This document shows positions 45,400 to 55,071 of a stretch of DNA of 62,710 nucleotides, in pieces. Positions within the stretch are counted from its first letter, which is position 1. Every line of letters starts with the position of its first letter. The position numbers were made by a program, and so were the translations under genes. Source of the stretch: a virus (taxonomy: Duplodnaviria; Caudoviricetes); IMG/VR virus record IMGVR_UViG_3300021437_000018, positions 1-62,710 of that record; one strand, written 5' to 3'. The notes beneath the pieces were generated by a model, which ran no database searches, was not told the origin of the DNA, and was given only the letters and a program-made list of their open reading frames with translations.

Positions 45400-46425
45400 T
45401 TGGCCGCACAAGTGCGGTTATTGGATAGCAATGGCGGCACAAGTGCCGTAGAAGGTGAAGCAATGTTGAGACTGGATGATCTGGCCGGGGAAACTTACGT
45501 TTCCGCGGCGATTTACGGCAAGCCCGGCACAGGCAAGACGAATTTTGGTGTGAGCGCTCCGAAGCCGCTGATTGCGCTAACGGAGCGCCAGGCCTTGATC
45601 CACGTGAAGGCAGCAGCGGTGCGACTGGGTAAGCCCTGCCCGCCGGTGGTGTTCTGTGAATCGATTCAAGACTTGCGGGATCTGGTGCGCGCATGTCACG
45701 GCGACAAATCGAAACCGTTCCGTGTTTTGCACAAATTCAAGACCAAGAATGGTGAACCCGATAAAGAAGAGGTGGTGCTGACGTTGCCCGAGTGGCCCGA
45801 GACACTGGTTCTCGATTCGGGCACGGATGCCGGTCGATTGATGACCGAGGCAATCGATCGCGAGAGCCCGCCTCGTGCTGGTAGTGACGGGTTACCGACA
45901 CACACTCAGAATTACTGGGGTGTCTTGGGCAATCGTTTTGGCTCATTCGTTCGGGACTTCCGCTCGTTGCCGCTACACCGGATCATCCTGTGTCTAGCGG
46001 ACGACAAGGAAGTTGGCGAAAGCGACGCGCGAACGCGGTGGCTCGGTCCGTCGTTGCCGATGCGTCGACTAGCAGACGATCTGGCTGCGTCGGTCAACGT
46101 CGTCGGCTATACTTATCGGCGGATCAAGCGCGAAAAGCGCGGCGATTCCGTGGTGAATTCGATTCATTATGGCGTGTTGACGGTGGGGCCAGAGTACGCG
46201 GTCACGAAGCCATTCCGTCCGCTGCGTGATGCGGAAGTGCCGGATTTCTCGTACTGGCTCAAAGTACTAAACGGCATCACTCAACCAGTGCCAGCTCCCG
46301 CAATGCCTGGAGATCTAGATGCAGGCGAAGCCGACGCCCCAACATCGGCAGCAGTCGAGCCACCCGAACCAGAACCAACGGCGCAGCCCAAGACGGCGAA
46401 GGCGACCAAGAAAGCGAGCAAGTGA
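45400..46425 (+). CDS. Sak4-like/AAA_24 ATPase (single-strand annealing)
   Basis: IYGKPGTGKT and TLVLDSG; lies between a nuclease and an SSB-like gene. Confidence 0.75.
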   Translation: MAAQVRLLDSNGGTSAVEGEAMLRLDDLAGETYVSAAIYGKPGTGKTNFGVSAPKPLIALTERQALIHVKAAAVRLGKPCPPVVFCESIQDLRDLVRACHGDKSKPFRVLHKFKTKNGEPDKEEVVLTLPEWPETLVLDSGTDAGRLMTEAIDRESPPRAGSDGLPTHTQNYWGVLGNRFGSFVRDFRSLPLHRIILCLADDKEVGESDARTRWLGPSLPMRRLADDLAASVNVVGYTYRRIKREKRGDSVVNSIHYGVLTVGPEYAVTKPFRPLRDAEVPDFSYWLKVLNGITQPVPAPAMPGDLDAGEADAPTSAAVEPPEPEPTAQPKTAKATKKASK

Positions 46426-46426
46426 C

Positions 46427-47059
46427 ATGCCCAAGGTGCGAGGAGCAACGGACGAGGAAAAGAAGGCGCGCGACTGGTCGATCCCTGCTGGGCGCTACGT
46501 GCTCGGATGGAAGGAGTTCGAGCGAAAAAACGGGAAAGAGCGTCCTTATGCGGACTTCCTTCGGGTCAAGTTTTGCACGGTGAAAAAGGACGGGACCAAC
46601 GGCAAAGGATTCCGCGACATCGTGGGGCTAATGGTTGACCCGAAGGGCAATCCGAATTTCGAGAACCGTTGCAAGTTCAATGTGACGCGACTTCAAATTC
46701 TGATTGAGGTGTTGGGGATCTCGGAAGAGTTCGAGATCGGCGATACGTCGGAAGGCACGGCTAGCGTGCAAGAGGGTGATCGCAACTTCGCGCGGCTGTT
46801 CTGTGGCCGGGCATTCGTCGCGGAGGTGACCCGCAGTGAATCGGGCGGCTACGTCAACAATAACATTCAGCGCCTGATCGCGCGTAGCCAATGGACCGAG
46901 TCTGAATTGGCTTCGGTCAATGCATGGGAGGCAGCGCAGCTCGCGAAGCCTAGTACCCCAGAGGGCGCTGTTGACGATTCGCACATTGCTGGCTCGAGTG
47001 ATGACCAATTCGACGATGAGTTCGATCCAGCGGATGATTCCCCGGTAGAAGACTGGTAG
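46427..47059 (+). CDS. putative ssDNA-binding protein (DUF669-like)
   Basis: IPAGRY N-terminus, acidic C-terminal tail ending in W; follows the Sak4-like gene. Confidence 0.65.
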   Translation: MPKVRGATDEEKKARDWSIPAGRYVLGWKEFERKNGKERPYADFLRVKFCTVKKDGTNGKGFRDIVGLMVDPKGNPNFENRCKFNVTRLQILIEVLGISEEFEIGDTSEGTASVQEGDRNFARLFCGRAFVAEVTRSESGGYVNNNIQRLIARSQWTESELASVNAWEAAQLAKPSTPEGAVDDSHIAGSSDDQFDDEFDPADDSPVEDW

Positions 47060-47062
47060 GCC

Positions 47063-47659
47063 ATGCCAGAGGAGCGACCGAAGTTGGGCCCCGGTCGAAA
47101 GCTAGTCGCCGACCTTTCGCGGTTGCTGTGCGCAATTGCGGAGGGTCGGCGCAAGCCAGAGGACGTGGCCAAGGATCTGCAGAAACTATCTGACTACGCG
47201 GCGGGGATCGCCCCGCAGAAAGCAACAACGCCAGCGGTAGACACGAAGGCCCAAGAGGACGACATCTTCGCCTATTGGCGCACGGCGGCCGGAAAGGGCA
47301 TGGCCAAGTTTACGCCCGAGCGACGCGCGAAAGTCAGAGCTAGACTTCGGGACGGCTACGGGGTGGCAGCGATCAAGCGAGCAATCGATTTCGTCTGCGC
47401 CGATCCGTGGCATACTGGCGGCAACCCCGACGGGAAAGTATTCGTGGATCTTGAGTTGATCTGTCGCAACGGAACGAAACTTGAGCGCTACATTGAAGAA
47501 GCCGGTACCAGCGTGGCTACGCCAGCGCCAGCGGATGACACCGGCAAGCAAGCAGCGATCGAAGGTTTGAAAGGTGAGGCCAAGAGGGCCTTAGAAAGAG
47601 GTGATAACGATGCCTACAATCGGGCCCAGCAGGCCTTGCGCAACCTCAAGCGGCAGTAG
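47063..47659 (+). CDS. putative replication-initiator-type protein (conserved phage C-terminal domain)
   Basis: IFAYW.....FTPERRAKVRARLRDGY....IKRAID......W. Confidence 0.55.
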   Translation: MPEERPKLGPGRKLVADLSRLLCAIAEGRRKPEDVAKDLQKLSDYAAGIAPQKATTPAVDTKAQEDDIFAYWRTAAGKGMAKFTPERRAKVRARLRDGYGVAAIKRAIDFVCADPWHTGGNPDGKVFVDLELICRNGTKLERYIEEAGTSVATPAPADDTGKQAAIEGLKGEAKRALERGDNDAYNRAQQALRNLKRQ

Positions 47660-48197
47660 TTTCGGCGGGATCCGTGCGGATTTTGCCTCACGGCTGAGGT
47701 CGGCGAACAATGTGTTGCGCACATTGGTCAACTACGTGCCCGGATCATTTCCTGAGCGCCCAGCGGATTTGGAGCTTGGAGATACGCAGCTGCGAGAGGC
47801 GGCAGCAAAAAAGCACCGAGGTGGCCGACTCACGAAGGTTGAGTGTGAAGCACTGAAATTGCTCGGTTCGTGGCGCGCGGCTGTGCGACGGATCGAGCAA
47901 GTGAGCGCAGGAAATCTGCTCATGCTGCTCGGGGTGGTGAATGTGCTCGAAGCGAGTGATCGTCAGGGAGACGCCGACACCGTGCGAGTTTTTTTGGTCG
48001 ACCATTATGGGGCAATGTTACCTGGCCCACCAAGCCCCAGTAGCAATACCATTTGGGCAGATCGGTGGGCAGATCGGCACAGTCAAAATCGGCAGATGCT
48101 ACCATTGGCTCTGCGGACCATGTCCGAAGACGATCTGACTGTTTCGATTCAGCCGACGAAAGAAGAAAGTGAGAATGATCCCGATGAGTCGTTTTAG
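47601..48197 (+). CDS. hypothetical protein
   Basis: Fills the operon gap; start uncertain. Confidence 0.45.
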   Translation: MITMPTIGPSRPCATSSGSSFGGIRADFASRLRSANNVLRTLVNYVPGSFPERPADLELGDTQLREAAAKKHRGGRLTKVECEALKLLGSWRAAVRRIEQVSAGNLLMLLGVVNVLEASDRQGDADTVRVFLVDHYGAMLPGPPSPSSNTIWADRWADRHSQNRQMLPLALRTMSEDDLTVSIQPTKEESENDPDESF

Positions 48198-48633
48198 CGT
48201 AAAATCAGGAAGCATTGACGAAATTGCTAATCAGGTGGACGCGGTGGCATTGGCGGCAGCGAAGGCGGCTGGACTGACCGGCACTTGGTTGCCAATGCTG
48301 GTGCTGGCTCAAAAGGATAGTCCACACGCGGTGTTGATTGTCGGCCCCGACAAGCCTTCGGTGATGCTGCTCCATGCTCTAGCGGCTGACCAGGCTAATG
48401 AGGAGCAGGACCCGGTCAAGCGCTACATTGCTGCAGCAAAGTACGTGTTGCAGGAAACATTTTGCGACGACAACGCATCATTTCTTGTTGTCGGCAACCC
48501 CAAGGGGATCCCGGTGGTGCTAGAGTTTGGTGTTCAGGACTTGGCTCATTCGGCGGAACTATTTCGCAAGGCTGCTGACATGATTGAGGAGCGAGCGAAA
48601 GCGGTCGAAGCGGCGAAGAAAGCGGCTAACTAG
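48169..48633 (+). CDS. hypothetical protein
   Basis: ORF in a tightly packed operon. Confidence 0.55.
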   Translation: MRMIPMSRFSVKSGSIDEIANQVDAVALAAAKAAGLTGTWLPMLVLAQKDSPHAVLIVGPDKPSVMLLHALAADQANEEQDPVKRYIAAAKYVLQETFCDDNASFLVVGNPKGIPVVLEFGVQDLAHSAELFRKAADMIEERAKAVEAAKKAAN

Positions 48634-48635
48634 CC

Positions 48636-48947
48636 ATGGACTCCGAAGCGTGCGAGCGCCTGCAAGATTTGCTACGACAGCCGATCCGCGACAACTTGGC
48701 GGGACGCGCAGCGTTCGAGGCGATCCGTCCATTGGTGCAGCAGCTACTCGAGGCCTATGCTACGGAGCGCGGGCGCGATGGCGGCGAGTTCGGCCGACGG
48801 GTGCTCGAGCTGGTCGAGTCTCGGGTGATGGCCGAACTTAACGGTCGGATGGAACTATCCGATCGGGTGTCTCTGGTGTCGTGCTCGACGCACGTAGCGA
48901 CTCCTCTGTGTTACGTGGACGTGCGGTTGAAAGTCGAGGCGCTCTGA
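48636..48947 (+). CDS. hypothetical protein
   Basis: ORF coupled to the next gene. Confidence 0.55.
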   Translation: MDSEACERLQDLLRQPIRDNLAGRAAFEAIRPLVQQLLEAYATERGRDGGEFGRRVLELVESRVMAELNGRMELSDRVSLVSCSTHVATPLCYVDVRLKVEAL

Positions 48948-49492
48948 TGTTGGCGCGCGAAGATGCCTCACTCTTGAATTCAGCACAGGCGCGCAGACTG
49001 CTCTCCGGTGGCGCCGAAGTGCTGGCGATCGATCCCGGGGAGCACGGGGCCGCGGCGGTCAGGCACAGGCAAATGGGCGCGATCCTATTTCGGACGCTGG
49101 ACGACTGGAAAGCGATCGAGGAAATGGTTGATTTCGGCCGGCCATTGGTGGTGCTGCTCGAGGATCAATTCAGCGGCAAGTCGTTCGGCTCATCAAAGGA
49201 GACGACGTGGACGTCTGGTGTGCTAACCGGCTTTCTATTCGCTTACCAGCTGGACAATTTCACGGTGGTGCATGTGGCCCCTGCGACCTGGCAGGCTGCG
49301 CAACGTCGGCGGCTGGGTGTCTTCGGCCCTCAGCTTAACCGACAGGCGGGGATCGGGCTGGCCCTGCACGAATTGCTTACGGTTACTCCGGAGGCTCACG
49401 GTAGCGTCAACAAGGCCAAGCGGGAAGGGTACGCATCGGCGCTCGGGATTCTCCTCTGGTGGGAAGGGTTGGTGAGCCAATGCAAGGGCTAG
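48947..49492 (+). CDS. RuvC-like Holliday junction resolvase
   Basis: VLAIDPGEHGAAA, VVLLEDQF and VAPATWQ; the C-terminal acidic motif is degenerate. Confidence 0.65.
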   Translation: MLAREDASLLNSAQARRLLSGGAEVLAIDPGEHGAAAVRHRQMGAILFRTLDDWKAIEEMVDFGRPLVVLLEDQFSGKSFGSSKETTWTSGVLTGFLFAYQLDNFTVVHVAPATWQAAQRRRLGVFGPQLNRQAGIGLALHELLTVTPEAHGSVNKAKREGYASALGILLWWEGLVSQCKG

Positions 49493-49779
49493 ATGGTCTG
49501 TCGCTGTACGTACAGAGCGGCCAAACACAGGCAATGCGGCAGCTTGGGGCGGCCGTAGTGCATTCGGCTGTCGTTGATCGCTGGCATGGTCGACATTGTT
49601 ACCAGGTGGACACCTGTAGGGCTGGGCGCCGACTGAGCGTGACGGTGACGATTCCCCGGTGGTGGTGGTTGTTGCTTGGGCTGCGCCATTGGCTGCTAGC
49701 TTGGCAGGTGACGCGGCTGGCGCGTCGAGTGGCTGCCAAGCAAGGTGTGGATTTGCTCGTGAAAGGGTTTTGCCGATGA
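49480..49779 (+). CDS. hypothetical protein
   Basis: Coupled ORF with a Trp-rich hydrophobic stretch. Confidence 0.45.
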   Translation: MQGLDGLSLYVQSGQTQAMRQLGAAVVHSAVVDRWHGRHCYQVDTCRAGRRLSVTVTIPRWWWLLLGLRHWLLAWQVTRLARRVAAKQGVDLLVKGFCR

Positions 49780-50105
49780 GCACAGCAAAGGAACAGATAG
49801 ACGCATTCACGCAATCCGCCTGCAAGGTGCTGCGAAATGCCGTGCTGCGCGCGGCCTTGCCCAAGGGGCACCTACCGATCGACTGCTCGCCAGATCGCGC
49901 GGCAGAGGCACTCGAGCCCTACGAGCAGGCGCTACTGGCGGACTCCGTCGCGTTCCATGAGTTATTGCGTGTTGCCTACTTCGAGGGCGTTCGCTCGGTC
50001 CATCGGGAGTTGAGTGCGGCCCCTGGCGTGGATCCGGAAATGCTCGATGAATCTGTCGAGTTCTTCACAACCCGTGAAGGCGACGGGGAGGCGATCAAGC
50101 TATGA
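49776..50105 (+). CDS. hypothetical protein
   Basis: ATGA coupling at both ends. Confidence 0.55.
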   Translation: MSTAKEQIDAFTQSACKVLRNAVLRAALPKGHLPIDCSPDRAAEALEPYEQALLADSVAFHELLRVAYFEGVRSVHRELSAAPGVDPEMLDESVEFFTTREGDGEAIKL

Positions 50106-50641
50106 CGCACTACCTGGCTCTGCTGACCCCCTATGCTCTCGCGGTCGTCTCGGGCCAGGTAGACACGATCCCGCTCTGGGCCGCCCCTCCTGAGGGCGTC
50201 AGGGGCACGCGAGTCGCTCTTTTTGCCTCTGGCTGGCACGAGGCAACGGCGATGGGGTTGACGGAGCGCGACGGAGTCAAGTTCGGCGTTCAAGATCGCT
50301 CACGCTCTGGCCGGGTTGGGTCGGTGATGGTGATGGGCTATGTGGAGACGGCGCATCCATGGGATCGCAGGGGAATCGCCGGAAAGAATTGGCCAGGTCG
50401 ACCCGTACCGAAACGGATGGGCACCTTCCATTGGCTCGTGGGTCAACCAAAAGTCGAAATAAATCAGTCAGTCCTTGGGCTCTCGCGGCTGCCCGTGGCA
50501 TACATGGACCGGGCGCAGCAACAGGCGGCGCTCAGAGAGTACGGCGACAGACACGGCCCCGACCGCTTGCCAAGCGAGGATCGGGAGTTGTATTTTGCGA
50601 TCGTGAGAAAGGATCAAGATGTCAACCCAAGAGGTAAGTAG
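50102..50641 (+). CDS. ASCH-like domain protein
   Basis: ALLTPYALAVVSGQ...RGTRVALFAS resembles a degenerate ASCH motif. Confidence 0.45.
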   Translation: MTHYLALLTPYALAVVSGQVDTIPLWAAPPEGVRGTRVALFASGWHEATAMGLTERDGVKFGVQDRSRSGRVGSVMVMGYVETAHPWDRRGIAGKNWPGRPVPKRMGTFHWLVGQPKVEINQSVLGLSRLPVAYMDRAQQQAALREYGDRHGPDRLPSEDRELYFAIVRKDQDVNPRGK

Positions 50642-50942
50642 CAATGAGCGAGTAGTGCAGGTACCATCCGGTTGGTGCTGGCTGCGTAAGGATTCCCCCG
50701 ACGAACATACTCGCCAGTACTGGCGCGACGGTAAGCCGTTTTGTTTGCTCGTGGCGCAGCCATTTGAGCATGGCTGGAAGTTGCTAACGTATTGGGGACT
50801 AGGTGTGGGCACAAACGAATCGAGACACGAGAGCGAAAATGCCGCGTTATTTGCGATGGCTCAAGTCGCGATTGGCATCCACGCAACTTTGGTGGCCCAA
50901 GGTATCGAGATCGCCTGCTTGAATACCGCGAAGGGCGATTGA
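50619..50942 (+). CDS. hypothetical protein
   Basis: AAAGGA SD. Confidence 0.5.
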   Translation: MSTQEVSSNERVVQVPSGWCWLRKDSPDEHTRQYWRDGKPFCLLVAQPFEHGWKLLTYWGLGVGTNESRHESENAALFAMAQVAIGIHATLVAQGIEIACLNTAKGD

Positions 50943-51226
50943 TGTTTCGGTCGCCAAAATACCTGGCTTTCGTGCGGCGCCGCCCATGTATTCATTGCGG
51001 CGGCGCCTGCGATCATGCTCATCATTTCGGTAAGCGGTGGGGCGGCGGCGGCACGGGGGTCAAGTCTCATGACACCTTCACGGTGGCTCTTTGCTGGCCG
51101 TGCCATCGTGCTGTCCATGACGTCGGAAAGATTGGCACTTGTTCGAAGGCAGAGACAGAAGAGCGTATGTTCCGCGAGGCGCTGCGGTCTGTTACTGAGT
51201 ATTTGGTGGAGATGGGCTATGGGTAG
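50942..51226 (+). CDS. DUF968-like HNH-type Zn protein
   Basis: KYLAFVRRRPCIHCG...AHH....GGTGVK.HD.FTVALCWPCH. Confidence 0.75.
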   Translation: MFRSPKYLAFVRRRPCIHCGGACDHAHHFGKRWGGGGTGVKSHDTFTVALCWPCHRAVHDVGKIGTCSKAETEERMFREALRSVTEYLVEMGYG

Positions 51227-51713
51227 AGGCAAGCAAGCAACCAAGCCGCTCAGGGGCTATCGGCGACAAATTGCTTTGATTGTGGCTGAGAATTTGATTG
51301 CAGAGCAGCGAGAACCGGCAGTAATTGATCGTATTTTGATGAAGAAATACGACATCAAATTACAAGCTGCGGTACTGCTCCGTGAGGAAGCTTTGCGAGC
51401 ATTGCTCAGTGCCGACGAAAGTAATCGTCGGGAGCGATTCAAGTTGGTGTTACGTGGAATGCGTCGGCTTTACGTTGAGGCGTTTGACCGAAAACAATTG
51501 ACCGTGTGTGCAAATCTATTGAGTCAGATGCGTGAAATGTTCGACTTGAAGCAACCGTTTGTCGAAGGCGGCGGGGCCGTCAAGGGTGAGCACGAGGATC
51601 GTTCCACTGAGGATCTGATGTATTTTGCCGAGCACGGCGAATGGCCAGACGAGGCAGAAAAGCGCAAGTCGGCCGAAGTAGTAAGCACAAACCCACTGGA
51701 TGCATTGATATGA
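51219..51713 (+). CDS. putative terminase small subunit
   Basis: HTH-like N-terminus and helical oligomerisation-like segment; about 1.7 kb upstream of terL. Confidence 0.45.
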   Translation: MGRGKQATKPLRGYRRQIALIVAENLIAEQREPAVIDRILMKKYDIKLQAAVLLREEALRALLSADESNRRERFKLVLRGMRRLYVEAFDRKQLTVCANLLSQMREMFDLKQPFVEGGGAVKGEHEDRSTEDLMYFAEHGEWPDEAEKRKSAEVVSTNPLDALI

Positions 51714-52021
51714 GACATCGACCAATCATCAGCAGCGCGGCGGCAAAATCAGACGTGCTGGAGCGTCGGCGGCAGCACTTGGAACGAAGAGCTTCCGATC
51801 GAGATCGAGGCGGTCAGGCAACGTCATTCGATTTGGCTGAGGCCTCGGCTCTGACCGCTGGGATTGAGGCCTTGGCCTGGTATGCTCAAGAATCCACGGA
51901 TGCACATGGAGCTACTCCTCTCGGGTTACTGGCGCGGCTGATCGACACGGACCCACAAGATTCGGCAGCAGTAGCCAGGTTGCAGGCCGATACCGAGGAA
52001 CTAATGCGAGGGCTCGACTGA
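51710..52021 (+). CDS. hypothetical protein
   Basis: ATGA coupling. Confidence 0.5.
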   Translation: MRHRPIISSAAAKSDVLERRRQHLERRASDRDRGGQATSFDLAEASALTAGIEALAWYAQESTDAHGATPLGLLARLIDTDPQDSAAVARLQADTEELMRGLD

Positions 52022-52049
52022 TGGACCAGAAGGTGAGCTTGTTGGAATC

Positions 52050-52520
52050 ATGGATACGGCTGAAATCATGGCGAAGGTGCGGCCTTATCTCGTGTTTGGT
52101 TGCGCCGTCCACGGTTTTCCTGCTTGGTGCTTGGTACGAGAGCGAGAAATGGACGAAAAACAATGCCGACAATTTCTAGTCCAACAGCTACTGGGGCAGG
52201 GACTCGAACGGACGCCGAAACCGACGCTCTCGAGCCTACTGAGTGTTGAGGTTGCGGCGCTCCGATCTATTGGGTTACTCTCGAGTCAGGTAAACGTCAC
52301 CCGCTTGATCGAGGGCGTCAAGTTCGGGTTGGCTTCATTTCTGGCCGTGGATTTGTCGCTTACGGTAGCTACACCAGCCACTTCGCGACGTGTCCAGCGA
52401 CGAAGGACTTCCGAAAGAAGAAAGAAGGCTAAGCATGGACGAAAACGAAAGAAAAGAGGCTCTGCGAGAGCATCTGTTGGCCAGGGCAAATTTGGAAATT
52501 GTGCCACTGCGCGTGACTGA
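52050..52520 (+). CDS. hypothetical protein with a very basic C-terminus
   Basis: ORF in the operon. Confidence 0.45.
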   Translation: MDTAEIMAKVRPYLVFGCAVHGFPAWCLVREREMDEKQCRQFLVQQLLGQGLERTPKPTLSSLLSVEVAALRSIGLLSSQVNVTRLIEGVKFGLASFLAVDLSLTVATPATSRRVQRRRTSERRKKAKHGRKRKKRGSARASVGQGKFGNCATARD

Positions 52521-52650
52521 TAGGTTTGCTGTGGTGTCGTTGCCTCTTGCCTGGCATTGGCCAGATTTTATGGAAGCCATGGAAGAAATTGGTTGGGAAC
52601 TGGTCCATGGTATCGGTGGCGGGGCGGTGTTGTTTAGAAAGTCACGATGA
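52435..52650 (+). CDS. hypothetical protein
   Basis: AGAAGG SD; ATGA coupling to the MTase gene. Confidence 0.45.
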   Translation: MDENERKEALREHLLARANLEIVPLRVTDRFAVVSLPLAWHWPDFMEAMEEIGWELVHGIGGGAVLFRKSR

Positions 52651-53432
52651 CCGCTCTACCCTACCGAGTGATCCATGGTGACTGCTTGTCGGTACTGCGC
52701 CGTTGGCGTCGGGACTGCGTGACGGCCGTGGTTGGGGATGGTCCGTACTCTGAACACTGCCACGGGAATATGCGGGGAAACCGTGGGCTCAATGTGAAGG
52801 GCAAAAAGCGAATTGTCCAACTGGATCCTGGGTTTGAGCCGCTAACGCCAGAAAAGGTGATGGCGCACTCTGAGCAATTCTGTCGCGTTGCCACACAGTG
52901 GATCGCGATGTTCTCGGATGACGTGACTTTGCCGCTCTGGCGCGAAGGCATCGAAAATGCGAAAGGCCACTACCTTCGGACCATTCCCTGGGTGCGGTGG
53001 ATCTGTCCGAATTTCTCGGGCATGTGTCCGCCCAGCGGGGCTGAGTTCGTGGCAATTGCGCGGCCTCGTAAGTTTCCCGGCGAGACTCCACGGGCTCGAA
53101 AGTGGCTGCGTGGCAATCGGACTCACTACGACACGAAATGCCTTCGGGCTCACTCCGATGAGAAAGAAAATCTAGCGGCGTGGAGTCTAGATCCTGAGCA
53201 TCCGGGACATCGGGCGCAAAAACCGATCGCGCTGATGATGGAAGTTCTGTCTGATTGCTGCCAACGAGGCGACACAATCGTTGACCCATACGCCGGGTCT
53301 GGCACAACGGGGATCGCGGCGCTCCGACTTGGAATGCGGGTGGTTCTGATTGAAAATAAGGAAGCAGACGCGCGGCTTTGCCAGGCGCGAATGGATCGCG
53401 AGTGGGCCAGGCTGCAGTGCAAGGCGGCGTGA
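52647..53432 (+). CDS. beta-class N4/N6 DNA methyltransferase
   Basis: IHGDCL, variant motif IV DGPY, H.AQKP and IVDPYAGSGTTG. Confidence 0.8.
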   Translation: MTALPYRVIHGDCLSVLRRWRRDCVTAVVGDGPYSEHCHGNMRGNRGLNVKGKKRIVQLDPGFEPLTPEKVMAHSEQFCRVATQWIAMFSDDVTLPLWREGIENAKGHYLRTIPWVRWICPNFSGMCPPSGAEFVAIARPRKFPGETPRARKWLRGNRTHYDTKCLRAHSDEKENLAAWSLDPEHPGHRAQKPIALMMEVLSDCCQRGDTIVDPYAGSGTTGIAALRLGMRVVLIENKEADARLCQARMDREWARLQCKAA

Positions 53433-53435
53433 TTC

Positions 53436-54962
53436 GTGGCCTTCGCTCGCTCTCATGCAATCGAGTCGACTGAGAAGTCGAGGCTAGTTGCAAAGGAGCG
53501 AGTGCGAGCACGGCAAGAGGCAACGATCCGTCTTGCTCGCACTGACTGTTCGGCGTTCATTGAGTACGTCATGCGCAACGAGGCCGACGGGTCCGTGTTG
53601 CGCAATGCGCCGTTTCATCGCGAGTGGCAGGCGACTATTGAGGAAAACTCGCATGTAGTTCTAATCGCTCCGGTCGAGCACGCTAAGAGCCAGCAAGTCT
53701 CTGTTGGCCGCGTGTTGTTCGAGCTTGGCCGCAACCCGGGCCTGCGAATCGCTCTGATTTCTTGCACGAGCAAGCTTGCTGAAAAGTTGCTCAAGCAAGT
53801 CCGGGCGGAGATCGAGCGCAATCCTCGACTGACGCAGGTTTTTCCGCACCTGCGCAAATCGAGCCGCTCCGAGGATCCGTGGAAGGCCGACGCGATCACG
53901 GTCGAGCGCTCGACGACTGCGCGCGATCCGTCTGTGCAGGCTCTCGGGGCTTTCGGTGCGATTGTTGGCTCTCGCCTTGATCTGATTATCCTCGATGACG
54001 TGTTGGATTTCGACAACACGCGGACTGAGGAGCAGCGCAAGAAACTGATCGACTGGTTCGACACGACCGTTTACACGCGTGCGGTTGCAAGCGCTCGGGT
54101 CTATTGCATCGGGACGCCGTGGCACCCGGACGACCTACTCCATGAGCTCTCGAAGCGCCCAGCCTTCGCGGTGCGGCGCTATTCGGCAGTGGAGAATCCA
54201 GACGATCCACCCCGGCAGTGGCGACCGATCTGGCCAGAGCAATGGTCATTGAAGCGGCTGCAGCACCGACGGGCGAACATGCCCGAGGCGCACTTCATTC
54301 GGAAGTACCTTTGCCGGGTGCGCCTGGACGCCACCAGTCGTTTCAAGGAGCGTTGGCTCAACGAAATGGCGGCTTTGGGCAAGGGGCGCATCTTCGAACT
54401 CGTGGCGGCCCCTCGGCGCTCCCCACGGGGGCCTTTCTTGCCCTGCTTTACCGGAGTGGATCTAGCGGTGGGCGACAAGACCGGATCGGCTCGGACCGTC
54501 ATTTTCACAATAGCGCTCATGCCGGATGGGCGACGGTTGATCGTCAATATCGAGTCCGGGCAATGGCAAGCGCCGGAAATCTTGGAGCGGCTTGAACGGA
54601 CTTACCAGGCCTATAAATCCGACATTTTGGTCGAGTCGAACGGGGCCCAGAAATACATCATTCAACTGTCGGCGGGACGGATCCCGGTGAAAGGGCTGCA
54701 CACTGGTTCGGGGAACAAATTCCACGAGCAGTGGGGCGTCGAGTCGCTTGCGGTCGAAATGCGACAAAAGCTGTGGATCATGCCCTCCGGGGCGAGCGGG
54801 ACGGATGTTCCGGAGGATGGGGTGGCGCTCAAAAATGAGTGCCTGCATTACGATCCGGCGGTGCATACCGGGGACCGTCTAATGGCCATGTGGCTCGCCC
54901 GAGAGTGTGCCAGACAATGGGGCACCCCGAGAGGTCGCAGGCTCGACACTCAGCGCCGGTGA
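53436..54962 (+). CDS. terL: terminase large subunit
   Basis: APVEHAKS (Walker A variant), IILDD, IGTPWHPDD, GVDLA, VESNGAQ and HTGDRLMA. Confidence 0.9.
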   Translation: MAFARSHAIESTEKSRLVAKERVRARQEATIRLARTDCSAFIEYVMRNEADGSVLRNAPFHREWQATIEENSHVVLIAPVEHAKSQQVSVGRVLFELGRNPGLRIALISCTSKLAEKLLKQVRAEIERNPRLTQVFPHLRKSSRSEDPWKADAITVERSTTARDPSVQALGAFGAIVGSRLDLIILDDVLDFDNTRTEEQRKKLIDWFDTTVYTRAVASARVYCIGTPWHPDDLLHELSKRPAFAVRRYSAVENPDDPPRQWRPIWPEQWSLKRLQHRRANMPEAHFIRKYLCRVRLDATSRFKERWLNEMAALGKGRIFELVAAPRRSPRGPFLPCFTGVDLAVGDKTGSARTVIFTIALMPDGRRLIVNIESGQWQAPEILERLERTYQAYKSDILVESNGAQKYIIQLSAGRIPVKGLHTGSGNKFHEQWGVESLAVEMRQKLWIMPSGASGTDVPEDGVALKNECLHYDPAVHTGDRLMAMWLARECARQWGTPRGRRLDTQRR

Positions 54963-55071
54963 AATTTGCAGAACTCAACGATATGGCTAGGTTACGAATG
55001 ACGAAAAGGCGAGCAAAAACGCTCACATGAGCTACACTATTTCTGAGGCGCAAGCTTCAGAAAGGCTGAAA

